64,000 nucleotides of DNA, taken from an uncultured bacterium (GTDB taxonomy: Bacteria; Patescibacteriota; Kazan-3B-28). The stretch covers positions 349,456 through 413,455 of the forward strand of contig OY968788.1 in the NCBI GenBank assembly GCA_963695435.1, read 5' to 3'. Position 1 is the first letter of the stretch; each line of letters starts with the position of its first letter. The position numbers and the translations under genes are program-made. Below, piece by piece: positions 39,927 to 49,696 of the stretch. The notes beneath the pieces are model-generated. The model was not told the DNA's origin. It saw only the letters and a list, made by a program, of their open reading frames with translations, and did no database searches.

Positions 39927-42900
39927 TTATTTCTTGCGGCTGCTTTTGGGCAAATGCTTGCCTGCTTCGCCATGAAGTTCGCCGATCGGTCGTTTTAGCT
40001 CGTCTTCGCTGTGTACTACTTCCACATTCAATCCGAGTCCTTGTAGTTCTTTTACAATGACATTGAAAGCTTCCGGAGTTTGTGGCTTTTGGATGGTTTC
40101 GCCCTTGATGATCGATTCGTAAGTGCGGGCGCGCCCTTGAACATCGTCTGACTTGATTGTCAGCATTTCTTCCAATGTGTAAGCAGCACCATAACCTTCC
40201 AGCGCCCAAACTTCCATTTCACCAAATCGTTGACCTCCAAGCTGTGCTTTTCCTCCTAACGGCTGTTGGGTAACAAGAGCGTACGGTCCGATAGAACGAG
40301 CGTGAATCTTGTCGTCTACCATGTGCGCCAATTTCAACATATAAATCACACCAACTGTAGTGGGCTGGCCAAACGCTTCACCGGTACGCCCGTCTGTCAG
40401 CTGGATTTTGCCGTTTTCGGGCAAGCTGCCCTTGCGCAATTCTTCAATAATTCCTTGAATATCAATACCTTCAAAAACCGGGTTGACTGCGTTGAACCCT
40501 AGTGTGCCGGCAGCCCACCCCAAATGAGTTTCCAAAATCTGACCTAGATTCATACGAGAAATAACGCCGAGCGGATTCAAAATAATGTCTACCGGCGTGC
40601 CATCAGGCAAACAAGGCATGTCTTCGCGAGGAACAACTTTGGAGATAACTCCTTTGTTACCATGCCGACCAGCCAACTTGTCACCGACAGAAATTTTGCG
40701 CATCTGCGCGATGTTCACATAAATCCGTTTCAAAACACCGACTTCCAATTTGTCGCCCTTACTCGCATCAAATACCTGCACGCCGATAACTTTTCCATAA
40801 CCACCGTGAGGCATGCGCAAGGAAGTGTCTTTTACATCTTTTACTTTTTCGCCAAAGATAGCCCGCAGCAATCTTTCTTCTGCGGTTAGTTCGGTTTCAC
40901 CTTTAGGCGTAATCTTACCGACCAAAATATCATTTGAAGTAACGCGCGCACCAATTCGAATAATCCCATCTTCATCCAAATCCGATACAGCTTCTTCACC
41001 AACATTCGGGATGTCGCGAGTGGTAATTTCTGGTCCTAGTTTTGTATCGCGAACATCAATTTCTTCACGTTTGATATGAATGGAAGTGAATACATCATCT
41101 TTTACCGCGCGATCAGACAAAATAATAGCATCCTGATAGTTGGCGCCAGCCCACGGCATAAAAGCGACAACCAAGTTGCGCCCAAGTGCCAGTTTTCCAT
41201 TTTTGATTGCCGGACCATCACACAGAGCTTGGCCTTTTTTAACTTTGTCACCTGAATTTACCAACGGAGTTTGGTTGAGGTTGGTTTCGTGGTTACTCCG
41301 AATAAATTTGGTCAGGGTGTAAACAATTGGCTTGCGACCGCCTTCGGGGACAAATTCAATCCGGGTACTGTCGGCATATTTCACTGTGCCGTCTTCTGGC
41401 GCGGTGATTACCCAGTTTGAGCCAACGGCGGCATCGCCTTCCATACCAGTACCAACAATTGGAACTTGAGGACTAACTAAGGGGACAGCTTGGCGTTGCA
41501 TGTTGGAACCCATCAGGGCGCGTTTGGCGTCATCATGTTCAACGAAAGGAATCAGAGATGTAGTAACACTCAAAATCTGTTTGGGTGATACATCCATGTA
41601 ACTTACTTTCCCAATAGAAATCACAGTTGGTTCACCGGCTTGCCGTGCGGCAACCTGCGTACTCAAAACTTGATTTTGATCATTGGTCGGGATATTAGCC
41701 TGCGCGATTACCAAATCTTCTTCGACGTGGGCATCAAGATATTCAATTTGAGAAGTTACGAAAGACTTAACTTCAATTTCTTTTAGACCTTCAACGCGAG
41801 AAATTTTCTGCGCCAAAGATTCGTCCACAACCGAGCCTGATGGCGCAACAATATTCTTGGTTTTGGGGTCGAGTAAATCTTTGAATAGGGTTTTGCCTAC
41901 AGCGCTTTTTCCATCATTTGAGACTATTGATGTAATTTTCCGGTAAGGTGTTTCGATAAATCCAAAATCATTTACCCGCGCATAGCTGGCCAAGTGCCCA
42001 ACCAAACCGATGTTTTGACCTTCAGGAGTTTGAATCGGACAAATACGGCCGTAGTGGCTAGTGTGCACGTCGCGAACTTCAAAACCGGCGCGTTCGCGGG
42101 AAAGTCCTCCCGGCCCCATAGCGGATAATCTTCGTTTGTGCTCCAACTCCGCTAGAGGATTAGTTTGGTCCATGAATTGGCTCAACTGCGAAGAACCGAA
42201 GAATTCCTGCATGATCGCGGAAATCGGTCGCGCGTTCATCAATTGAGCGGGAGTAAGTGTATTGATATCAGAAACGCTCATTCTGTCTTTTACAATGCGT
42301 TCGACACGAAGCAACCCTGTGCGGAATTTGCTTTGCATCAATTCGCCAACCGCTTTCACGCGGCGATTTTTCAAATGATCAACATCATCCTCCAAACCAC
42401 CATTATTGTTCAATCTGATGATCTCTCTGGTAATGGCGATCAAGTCTTCTTTGGTCAGTACTCTAAATTCCGGCTTGTTTGGTCGTTCAATCTTTAATCT
42501 TTTGTTCAATTTATAACGACCGACCGCGCCCAAATCATAACGGCGGAAGTTTTGGAAAGTATTCACAAACAAAGCGCGGGCATTATCAACGGTAGCAAGA
42601 TCGCCTGGCCGAATTTTTTTGTAAACTTCGAGCAATGCTTGGTCTGTGGATTTGGTTGGGTCTTTGTCGATAGTGTTTTTCAAAAATCCCATTTTTGGGT
42701 TGTCGTCCACATCGGCGAATAATTCGATAAGTTCAGCGTCACTACTGATTCCAAAAGCGCGAAGCAAAGTAGTGATGAAAGTTTTGCGCTTCCGGTCTAT
42801 CTTTACGGAGATTACGCCCTTACCGTTGGTTTCGATTTCCAGCCAGGCGCCGCGTTCCGGAATTATTTTTGCTCCGTATTGGCCGTATTCTAACCCATCT

Positions 42901-43367
42901 TCGCGAGTAAGGAGTACTCCCGAAGAACGCACCAATTGAGACACGATTACACGCTCAACACCATTGATAATAAAAGTCCCCGAATCGGTCATTACGGGAA
43001 TATCGCCCAGAAAAACTTCCTGTTCTTTTATTTCACCAGTGTTTTTATTTACCAATCGCAATTTCACCCGCAGGCTCGATTCGAATGTTGCGTAACGCTC
43101 GCGAGCTTGAGATTGGGTGTACTTTGGTTCTTCAAAATAATAGTCAACAAAATGAAGCTCCAGATTTTTCCCCGTTAAGTCCTCAATGGGACTAATTTCC
43201 GCAAATAATTCTTTCAGTCCTTCGCGAACGAAGTACTCATAAGAACGACTTTGCAGACTATTTAGCTCGGGGAGCGAAGGAACTTTTTTCTTGTCGGTAT
43301 ACCACTTATCTTCGTAATTGTGGTTCTCGGTAATTAAAATGTCCTGGTCTAGGGGATTTTTTGCCAT
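39927..43367 (-). CDS. rpoB: RNA polymerase beta subunit
   Basis: GDKLAGRHGNKG, GGQRFGEME. Confidence 0.99.
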   Translation of the reverse strand: MAKNPLDQDILITENHNYEDKWYTDKKKVPSLPELNSLQSRSYEYFVREGLKELFAEISPIEDLTGKNLELHFVDYYFEEPKYTQSQARERYATFESSLRVKLRLVNKNTGEIKEQEVFLGDIPVMTDSGTFIINGVERVIVSQLVRSSGVLLTREDGLEYGQYGAKIIPERGAWLEIETNGKGVISVKIDRKRKTFITTLLRAFGISSDAELIELFADVDDNPKMGFLKNTIDKDPTKSTDQALLEVYKKIRPGDLATVDNARALFVNTFQNFRRYDLGAVGRYKLNKRLKIERPNKPEFRVLTKEDLIAITREIIRLNNNGGLEDDVDHLKNRRVKAVGELMQSKFRTGLLRVERIVKDRMSVSDINTLTPAQLMNARPISAIMQEFFGSSQLSQFMDQTNPLAELEHKRRLSAMGPGGLSRERAGFEVRDVHTSHYGRICPIQTPEGQNIGLVGHLASYARVNDFGFIETPYRKITSIVSNDGKSAVGKTLFKDLLDPKTKNIVAPSGSVVDESLAQKISRVEGLKEIEVKSFVTSQIEYLDAHVEEDLVIAQANIPTNDQNQVLSTQVAARQAGEPTVISIGKVSYMDVSPKQILSVTTSLIPFVEHDDAKRALMGSNMQRQAVPLVSPQVPIVGTGMEGDAAVGSNWVITAPEDGTVKYADSTRIEFVPEGGRKPIVYTLTKFIRSNHETNLNQTPLVNSGDKVKKGQALCDGPAIKNGKLALGRNLVVAFMPWAGANYQDAIILSDRAVKDDVFTSIHIKREEIDVRDTKLGPEITTRDIPNVGEEAVSDLDEDGIIRIGARVTSNDILVGKITPKGETELTAEERLLRAIFGEKVKDVKDTSLRMPHGGYGKVIGVQVFDASKGDKLEVGVLKRIYVNIAQMRKISVGDKLAGRHGNKGVISKVVPREDMPCLPDGTPVDIILNPLGVISRMNLGQILETHLGWAAGTLGFNAVNPVFEGIDIQGIIEELRKGSLPENGKIQLTDGRTGEAFGQPTTVGVIYMLKLAHMVDDKIHARSIGPYALVTQQPLGGKAQLGGQRFGEMEVWALEGYGAAYTLEEMLTIKSDDVQGRARTYESIIKGETIQKPQTPEAFNVIVKELQGLGLNVEVVHSEDELKRPIGELHGEAGKHLPKSSRKK

Positions 43368-43546
43368 AAAAATACCTGCTCTTTGAATCGAGAGTTGCTC
43401 AAAAAGTTATGAATAGAACCAGCTTTTAATGTCAGTACGGATAGCCAAACCATAACTAAAACTCGGGCTATCGTCAATACCTCTCTCGGGTGTTTGTATT
43501 ATAAACGACACCGTGGGAAGGGCGCAACCCCTTTTTTTGGTGATTT

Positions 43547-44383
43547 TTAGCTCTGGATTGTGAAGTTGGTTGTTTTGGCCAGTGCTTGGTTGATTTTTGC
43601 CGTCACTTCAAAGCTCCCCGCCGGCCATAATTTGTCGCTCCAGAAGCGACCAAATTGGCTACGGGTGAGCGAGAATAATAGGGTGTCACTCCCTCCTACC
43701 ACAGAGGAGAATGTGTTCACGACGAGATCGGTCTTTATCTGACGAACCGCTATCTGCAAGTCCGTCCCCGTGGGGGCATTGGCGATTTTCACCTGGATAT
43801 AGATAACTGGAGCAGTTCTCGAAAAACTGGACTTTGTGTTTGCTAGTAGGTTGTCTTCGGTTAGGGTATCGCCAAAAGAGATACTGCTCACCAACCCTTG
43901 AATCCGCTGCTTTTCCGCCTCTGCATCGCTAACAATGCTAAAAAATACCGTCTTGGCGAGATTGTTGTCCAGATATACCTCTGTCTTATAGTCCCCCATT
44001 GGCCAACTTATCCCCGGTCGTTCAATTTGGGAGCTTAGCCAGCTGGAAGCGGCCTTATAGTCAAAATCCAGCTGGTTACGGGTGTTTGTGCGTTTGCCGG
44101 TGAAAGTTTCTGTGGCGATGATCTGATTGGGCAATTTTTGCCAGACTACCCGCACTTGAGTAGTACTTACGGGGTGAGTTACTTCGACTGCCAGATAAAT
44201 TTTCAAACTGCTGTCCCCGACCTGTTCAAGATTGTTCTCCGGCTCATTGGTGTATTTGATACCGGTCGTTAAACTCACTTGAGAAATAGTCGTTCCCACG
44301 TTTGTCGTTGGTTTACCACAACTCGCTCCGCCGAGTATCACCAGAGCAAGGGTAGCCAGCAAAGCGAATCTAGGCGCTTTCAT
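43547..44383 (-). CDS. Putative lipoprotein with two beta-sandwich-like repeats
   Basis: Signal ending LGGASC; repeated WP.G.(Y/F) motif. Confidence 0.65.
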   Translation of the reverse strand: MKAPRFALLATLALVILGGASCGKPTTNVGTTISQVSLTTGIKYTNEPENNLEQVGDSSLKIYLAVEVTHPVSTTQVRVVWQKLPNQIIATETFTGKRTNTRNQLDFDYKAASSWLSSQIERPGISWPMGDYKTEVYLDNNLAKTVFFSIVSDAEAEKQRIQGLVSSISFGDTLTEDNLLANTKSSFSRTAPVIYIQVKIANAPTGTDLQIAVRQIKTDLVVNTFSSVVGGSDTLLFSLTRSQFGRFWSDKLWPAGSFEVTAKINQALAKTTNFTIQS

Positions 44384-44404
44384 GTTTTTTGCCCCCCATA
44401 TGAA

Positions 44405-44959
44405 TTAGAACTTCACTTCGGGTGCTTCGCGTTCTTTGATCTCTTCCAGCTCGAATAGTTCGCGCTTTCCGAAATTGAACATGCTAGCGAATAAACTGGT
44501 TGGGAACATTTCGCGGCGTGTATTGTAATCACGCACATTGGTGTTGTAGAACCGACGCGAAGACATAATTTTGTTCTCAGTTTCAGCTAATTCCTCCTGT
44601 AGGGCCAAGAAATTCTGATTAGCTTTCAAGTCAGGATAATTTTCCGCCACCGCAAACAAACTTTTCAAAGTGGAAGTCAGCGCGTTTTCTGCCACTGCTT
44701 TTTGTTTGAAATCACCACTTTCTGCCGCAATCGCATTACTCCGAGCTTGAGTCACTTTTTCGAATAGCTCGCGTTCGTGCGTAGCGTAGCCCTGAACAGT
44801 ATTCACAAGATTGGGGATCAGGTCATGCCGACGTTTATGCTGAACATCAATATCACTCTCAGCTTCGTTGACTCTGTTCTTCAAGACTACCAGTCCGTTG
44901 AACATGCCAATCAGCCAAGCAATCAGCCCCAAGATAGCAATCCATAATATCCACCACAT
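44405..44959 (-). CDS. lemA: LemA family protein
   Basis: KRRHDLIPNLV..V.GY, AENYPDLKA, RRFYN. Confidence 0.95.
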   Translation of the reverse strand: MWWILWIAILGLIAWLIGMFNGLVVLKNRVNEAESDIDVQHKRRHDLIPNLVNTVQGYATHERELFEKVTQARSNAIAAESGDFKQKAVAENALTSTLKSLFAVAENYPDLKANQNFLALQEELAETENKIMSSRRFYNTNVRDYNTRREMFPTSLFASMFNFGKRELFELEEIKEREAPEVKF

Positions 44960-44982
44960 ATTTCCTCCTTTGTTTAATAACT

Positions 44983-45057
44983 AGAGATTAGAGCATAGAG
45001 TGTAGAGAGTAAGAGCAGAATTTTTGTAATCTCTCTTCTCTCATCTCTATTCTCTGG
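44983..45057. repeat. Inverted heptamer array (AGAGnnn)n..(CTCTnnn)n
   Basis: AGAGATT AGAGCAT AGAGTGT AGAGAGT / CTCTCTT CTCTCAT CTCTATT. Confidence 0.8.
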
Positions 45058-45076
45058 CTTCCAGTATACCTGTTTT

Positions 45077-45652
45077 CTAGTCTCCTTTGAAGAAGACTGA
45101 TAGATACATAATTTTCTGTAGTTCACTAAGAGTGATTTTGCGAGCCCAAGCATTATCCCACCAACCGTTTTTACGCCAAGCCGAGTCTGCCGCGGAATGA
45201 TTTATTATTTTTACCGAATCCCCCAAATAACGATTGAAAGTTAGTGACGCGCGCCGTTGATGATACGGAGAAGTCACCAAAATTATTGACTCGACATTAT
45301 TGTTCATTAAAATGTCACGAGTAAATTTGGCGTTGTCAAAAGTATTGCGAGATTCCTTTTCTACTAAAACTTTGTCTGTCGGGACGCCAAGTTTCACTGC
45401 CAACCGTTTCATTGCTTCGGCGTTGGATTCACCGGCATCTCTAGCGGCGCCTGACATAATAATAAGAGGTGCCCATTCTTCTTGAAAAAGTTTCACTCCT
45501 TCTTTCACCCGCAAATCAGTCTCTCCCCCGCTGATAACGACTATCGCGTCGGTTTTAGCAAGTTTATCCTGCGGAGACAAATAAAAACCGGTGCCGACAA
45601 TAAAGCCAGCAACGATTACCAGAATTCCAATTAACCCGATTAGGTATTTCAC
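45077..45652 (-). CDS. YdcF/DUF218 family protein
   Basis: DAIVVISGG, E..SRNTFDNA, LVTSPYH.RRA. Confidence 0.9.
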   Translation of the reverse strand: MKYLIGLIGILVIVAGFIVGTGFYLSPQDKLAKTDAIVVISGGETDLRVKEGVKLFQEEWAPLIIMSGAARDAGESNAEAMKRLAVKLGVPTDKVLVEKESRNTFDNAKFTRDILMNNNVESIILVTSPYHQRRASLTFNRYLGDSVKIINHSAADSAWRKNGWWDNAWARKITLSELQKIMYLSVFFKGD

Positions 45653-46065
45653 GGCAATTTCAGTTCCTGACCAACGGTCAAATCATAGGGAGCTGGAATG
45701 TTGTTCGCATTTGCCAAATCTTTCCACTCAAGATTCAGGGCGCTTGCAATACTATAAAGTGTATCGCCAGTCTTGACGGTGTATTTATCAGTACTCTTTA
45801 GAGTGAAACTGCCTGTGTCGTCAGTGGTTGTGTTGGTCGCTGTATTATCGGTAGCTGTATTGGACACGGTCGGTGAACCGTTCAAGGACGGATTAATAAT
45901 ACCCAGTGGTTTGATAAAAATCGTGGCAATTAGTCCACGAAAAGCAAAGATAAGAAATATCAGCGAGAAGAATAAAGCGTATAAAACGATAACAGAAAAT
46001 GGGTCTTCGCGAAAACGCTTCTTGACCCGATAGCCATATCTCCTAGTTTGGTGGGAAAGTGCCAT
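45649..46065 (-). CDS. Membrane-anchored LysM protein
   Basis: YTVKTGDTLYSIA....W..LA.AN.I..P..L.VGQEL. Confidence 0.92.
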   Translation of the reverse strand: MALSHQTRRYGYRVKKRFREDPFSVIVLYALFFSLIFLIFAFRGLIATIFIKPLGIINPSLNGSPTVSNTATDNTATNTTTDDTGSFTLKSTDKYTVKTGDTLYSIASALNLEWKDLANANNIPAPYDLTVGQELKLP

Positions 46066-46081
46066 ATGTTTAGTTTACCAT

Positions 46082-46165
46082 TGGTGGGCGGGGTGGGATT
46101 CGAACCCACAAGCCTTGCGGCAAAGGATTTTAAGTCCTTCGTGTATACCGTTCCACCACCCGCCC
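46082..46165 (-). tRNA. tRNA-Leu(TAA)
   Basis: Anticodon loop CTTAAAA, long variable arm, CCA. Confidence 0.95.
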
Positions 46166-46168
46166 AAT

Positions 46169-46255
46169 TGGTGGGCACGAGAGGAGTTGAACCTCCACGG
46201 GATTGCTCCCACAGCGACCTGAACGCTGCGCGTATGCCAGTTCCGCCACGTGCCC
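46169..46255 (-). tRNA. tRNA-Leu(CAG)
   Basis: Anticodon loop TTCAGGT, long variable arm, CCA. Confidence 0.95.
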
Positions 46256-46271
46256 ACACCGATTTTTAAAA

Positions 46272-46345
46272 TGGAGACCTGGAGGAGAGTCGAACTCCTG
46301 TACGGGGTTTTGCAGACCCCTGCCTAACCGCTCGGCCACCAGGCC
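46272..46345 (-). tRNA. tRNA-Cys(GCA)
   Basis: Anticodon loop CTGCAAA, U73 discriminator, CCA. Confidence 0.95.
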
Positions 46346-46416
46346 ATCGTCAGAATGGACTCGACCTTACGCTAACACCTTCGACAGGCTCAGGGTTGCT
46401 TTTAGTCTCGTCATTC

Positions 46417-46466
46417 TTCCTCTCAAAATCACAAACACTCGCTTCGCTCCTTGGTTTGTGATTTTG
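46417..46466 (-). repeat. 50-bp hairpin repeat upstream of tRNA cluster, copy 1
   Basis: 47/50 identical to 47514..47563; 13-bp stem. Confidence 0.85.
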
Positions 46467-46517
46467 TGTTTGGGTTTTCAATCTCCGTTTTGTTATTTGT
46501 TATTTGGTTATTGGTTA

Positions 46518-47006
46518 TTACGGTGTAGCCGTTGTGGGGTACTCTTTTACTTTATCATCAAGAATTTCAAATTTAATACCCGCTTCTTCAAATATTCGCC
46601 GACTTTCAGCGCTTGCCTGATAATCCTGCCGTACCACTACCCGTACAATTCCACTGTTGATAATCATCTTGGCACAGGCATAACATGGCGTCATTGTGCA
46701 ATATAATGTACCGCCGTCAATAGAGATGCCAAATCGTGCAGCTTGGCAAATTGCATTTTGTTCGGCATGAGAAGTCCGAACACAATGCTTAGTTATACGA
46801 CCATCTTCATGAACAGTATCCTTGAATTCGTGACCTACTTCATCACAGTGTGGCAATCCTATTGGTGAACCAACATAACCAGTAGAAAGAATCCGTTTAT
46901 CTTTCGTAATAACTGCGCCGCTTTTTCCGCGATCACAAGTAGCACGGTTGGCTACCGCTTCACAAATTTGAAAAAAATATTCATCCCAGCTCAGTCGCTC
47001 GTTCAT
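46518..47006 (-). CDS. dCMP deaminase/ComEB family protein
   Basis: SWDEYF, HAEQNAI, PCYAC; AGGAGG before ATG 47006. Confidence 0.92.
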   Translation of the reverse strand: MNERLSWDEYFFQICEAVANRATCDRGKSGAVITKDKRILSTGYVGSPIGLPHCDEVGHEFKDTVHEDGRITKHCVRTSHAEQNAICQAARFGISIDGGTLYCTMTPCYACAKMIINSGIVRVVVRQDYQASAESRRIFEEAGIKFEILDDKVKEYPTTATP

Positions 47007-47095
47007 CTGTGTCCTCCTGCTAATCATTATATCAGGCAGCTTGATTCTCTCTCGCCCAAAACAAAAAACCGAGCATTGCTCGATTTTCTGTTTTC

Positions 47096-47170
47096 TGGAG
47101 CGGGTGAGGAGAGTCGAACTCCCGTCTCTACCTTGGCAAGGTAATGTAATAGCCGTTATACGACACCCGC
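47096..47170 (-). tRNA. tRNA-Gly(GCC)
   Basis: Anticodon loop TTGCCAA, CCA. Confidence 0.95.
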
Positions 47171-47217
47171 ACTTTTAATTTTCTGGATTGCCATGAAGCG
47201 TGCTTTGCACTGCTTCA

Positions 47218-47292
47218 TGGTGCCGAGAGACAGAATCGAACTGTCGACACCACGCTCTTCAGGCGCGTGCTCTACCACTGAGCTACCTCGGC
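47218..47292 (-). tRNA. tRNA-Phe(GAA)
   Basis: Anticodon loop CTGAAGA, CCA. Confidence 0.95.
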
Positions 47293-47323
47293 ATAACAAT
47301 ACTAATATTATCAATTTTTTCAA

Positions 47324-47400
47324 TGGTGGATCCAAGAGGGATCGAACCTCTGACCTTTCGGATGTAAACCGAACGCTCTAACCAGCTGAGCTATGGATCC
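47324..47400 (-). tRNA. tRNA-Val(TAC)
   Basis: Anticodon loop TTTACAT, CCA. Confidence 0.95.
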
Positions 47401-47403
47401 AGT

Positions 47404-47488
47404 TGGTGGGCGAGAGAGGACTCGAACCTCCACGGGTTGCCCCACAGCGCCCTTAACGCTGCGTGTATACCAGTTTCACCACTCGCCC
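47404..47488 (-). tRNA. tRNA-Leu(AAG)
   Basis: Stem CAGCG/CGCTG around loop TTAAGGG, long variable arm, A73, CCA. Confidence 0.92.
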
Positions 47489-47513
47489 ATTGTCATTCTG
47501 CTGTACAGCAGAA

Positions 47514-47563
47514 TTCCTCTCAAAATCACAAACAGTCGCTTCGCTTCTTGGTTTATGATTTTG
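47514..47563 (-). repeat. 50-bp hairpin repeat upstream of tRNA cluster, copy 2
   Basis: 47/50 identical to 46417..46466. Confidence 0.85.
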
Positions 47564-47578
47564 TATTTTAAACTACAC

Positions 47579-49333
47579 TTATTCTTTCTTCGACTTTATG
47601 TACCACTGTGCAATGTTTATAAACCTATCCGTTGTAGATGACAAGTTAATCTTATCAGTTACACCTTTTACTTTCTTGTCCACCAGATAGGTATATTTTG
47701 GCTGATACAGCAAGATAGCAGGAACAAGATCGGCAAAAGCGGATTGAAATTTCAAATAATATGGAATCGCTTTGTTCAAACTAGCGGCAGTACGGGCTTG
47801 TTCCAAATTATTATCAATGTCCTTGTCCACTTCCACCGCCAACGCCAACCCGGGGTCTTTTATTTCACTGCTGTGCCAATAAACATACGGGTCGGAGTTG
47901 CCGCCCAAATCCTGTCCGAAGATCAGTACTTCATAAGCGCGCGGACGAATTACATCTTTAATAAGAGTGGCAACATCCAGCGGTTGAAGAATCGCTTCCA
48001 CGCCAATGCTTTTCCATGTTTGCTGAACTAGTTCTGCTGTTTTACGGGATTTGGCATCATCACGAAAAGCTACTTTCAAACTTAATTTTGTTTTGTTCTT
48101 ATCCAGAATTCCGTCACCATCAACATCCACCCAGCCGGCTTTTTTCAATAAGTTCGCGGCACGGGCGATATCGAATTCATATTTTTTGATATCGGGATTG
48201 TGCCCCCAAAAGCCAGGTAAAATCGGCGAGTCCACTTTTTCAGCATAACCTTGTTCCACTTCATCAATAATTTGCTGCTTGTTGGTGGCGTAGGCTAGTG
48301 CTTGTCGAATAGTTTTATCCGCGAGCAGTGGGTTGCTACCAAGTTGATTGAAGAAGATTGCCTTATATTGTGGCAATGCGAATTTGTAGATCGAATCATT
48401 GGCGGTTGTGCTAAATACCGGCTCGGTAAACCCACCTGCGCTAACTTGACGGTTGCGGAAAGCAGCATAAAGATTCTCGGCGTTGTCAAAGAAGTAAAAA
48501 ATAATGCTTTCGATGTATGGTTTGGTACCATAGTAGTCGTCAAACTTGGTGAGTGTAATGGAAGTATTCAAATCGGATGATTGGTATCTGTACGGACCGG
48601 TACCAATAATTTTCCCCGAATCATATTGGCTAGCCATATCTTTTATCGCAATATCGGCAAAGATATGTTCGGGGATTATCCCCACGGACAGGTCGGTCAG
48701 GAAAAATGCCGAGGGTGCGGGGAGAGTGAACTTGACCGTCAAGTCGTCTAGTTTTTCCACCAAAATTCCGGCAAAGCTGGATTTCAACACACCTGTGTAG
48801 TCATTGTTTTGCAGAGTGTTGAAAGTATAAACCACGTCATCAGCGGTAAAATTTTTACCATCATGCCATTTGGCATTGGACTGCAGACGGAAGAGATAAG
48901 TTTTCCCACCGTCCAATAAATCCCACCCGGTAGCTAGATTCGGCACTATTTCGCGTCCCGTACCTATTTTAGTAAGACCAGAATAAACAAGCGAAGAAAT
49001 ATCTCGGTCAGCCGCGTTCGTGCCAGAAAGCAGCGGATTGATGTATTTCGGGCTGCCAACCAACCCTTCAATATGCACACCTCCGGCAATTGGTTTGACT
49101 TCGCTAACTCCAGCATCAGACAAAGCCAAGATCGCGCCGCCGCCAATAATTACTATGACCAAGCTCGCCAAAATAACTTTTTCGGTAAAAGTAAATTTCT
49201 TTTTCAAATGATTCAACCACAAAACCGCCTCACCAAAAAACTTCTGCATTCCTCCAATAGCGGAGATTGCAGCGTGTTTAGTGCGGTCTACTTTCAGTCT
49301 TTTGACAATGCGAATTTCTGGCTCTTTTTTCAT
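47579..49333 (-). CDS. Peptide ABC transporter substrate-binding protein (family 5)
   Basis: KWHDGK.FTADDVVYT, IGTGPY, IRQAL.YA. Confidence 0.92.
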   Translation of the reverse strand: MKKEPEIRIVKRLKVDRTKHAAISAIGGMQKFFGEAVLWLNHLKKKFTFTEKVILASLVIVIIGGGAILALSDAGVSEVKPIAGGVHIEGLVGSPKYINPLLSGTNAADRDISSLVYSGLTKIGTGREIVPNLATGWDLLDGGKTYLFRLQSNAKWHDGKNFTADDVVYTFNTLQNNDYTGVLKSSFAGILVEKLDDLTVKFTLPAPSAFFLTDLSVGIIPEHIFADIAIKDMASQYDSGKIIGTGPYRYQSSDLNTSITLTKFDDYYGTKPYIESIIFYFFDNAENLYAAFRNRQVSAGGFTEPVFSTTANDSIYKFALPQYKAIFFNQLGSNPLLADKTIRQALAYATNKQQIIDEVEQGYAEKVDSPILPGFWGHNPDIKKYEFDIARAANLLKKAGWVDVDGDGILDKNKTKLSLKVAFRDDAKSRKTAELVQQTWKSIGVEAILQPLDVATLIKDVIRPRAYEVLIFGQDLGGNSDPYVYWHSSEIKDPGLALAVEVDKDIDNNLEQARTAASLNKAIPYYLKFQSAFADLVPAILLYQPKYTYLVDKKVKGVTDKINLSSTTDRFINIAQWYIKSKKE

Positions 49334-49348
49334 AAGACCAGTCAGCTC

Positions 49349-49573
49349 CTATTTAACAAAAAGCATCACGAAAGAGCTGGCGACAAATAAGACAGCTAAA
49401 ACCACCGTGATGTAATAGAGCATCTGTTCTGGACCCCGGCGGGTGCCGTAGAAAACGCCACTACCTCCGAAAGTCTCCCCCAGAGAGGAGCCCCGTGCCT
49501 GTAATAGAACGGCGGCCATCAGTAAGATGCCTATTACTACCTGAAAAATAAAGAAAAAATTACTCCAATCCAT
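49349..49573 (-). CDS. secG: Preprotein translocase SecG
   Basis: VLLQARGSSLG..FGGS...Y.TRRG.E, two TM helices. Confidence 0.93.
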   Translation of the reverse strand: MDWSNFFFIFQVVIGILLMAAVLLQARGSSLGETFGGSGVFYGTRRGPEQMLYYITVVLAVLFVASSFVMLFVK

Positions 49574-49696
49574 AAGATGTAATCCGTAATTAGATCCTTC
49601 CTATCCTAGCAAAAAAATCACCCCAAGTAAACTGATTTCCCCTATTCCCCTTTTTGACTTTTTGCCCCCAATCTGCTTACAATTGGGGGGTCTATT

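Noticed and set aside
14756-43178. Numerous plus-strand ORFs (e.g. 33062..33793, 27269..27718)
   Set aside because: They are antisense shadows of conserved minus-strand genes.
36126-43367. Inteins or introns in rpoB/rpoC
   Set aside because: Both ORFs are continuous and short, with no intein-like insertions seen.
46518-47006. Deaminase as the TadA for tRNA-Leu(AAG)
   Set aside because: Its motifs (SWDEYF, TGY.GSP.G.PHC) fit dCMP deaminase/ComEB rather than TadA; proximity alone is insufficient.
45960-47641. Short ORFs across the tRNA clusters
   Set aside because: They are translations of tRNA genes and hairpin repeats.
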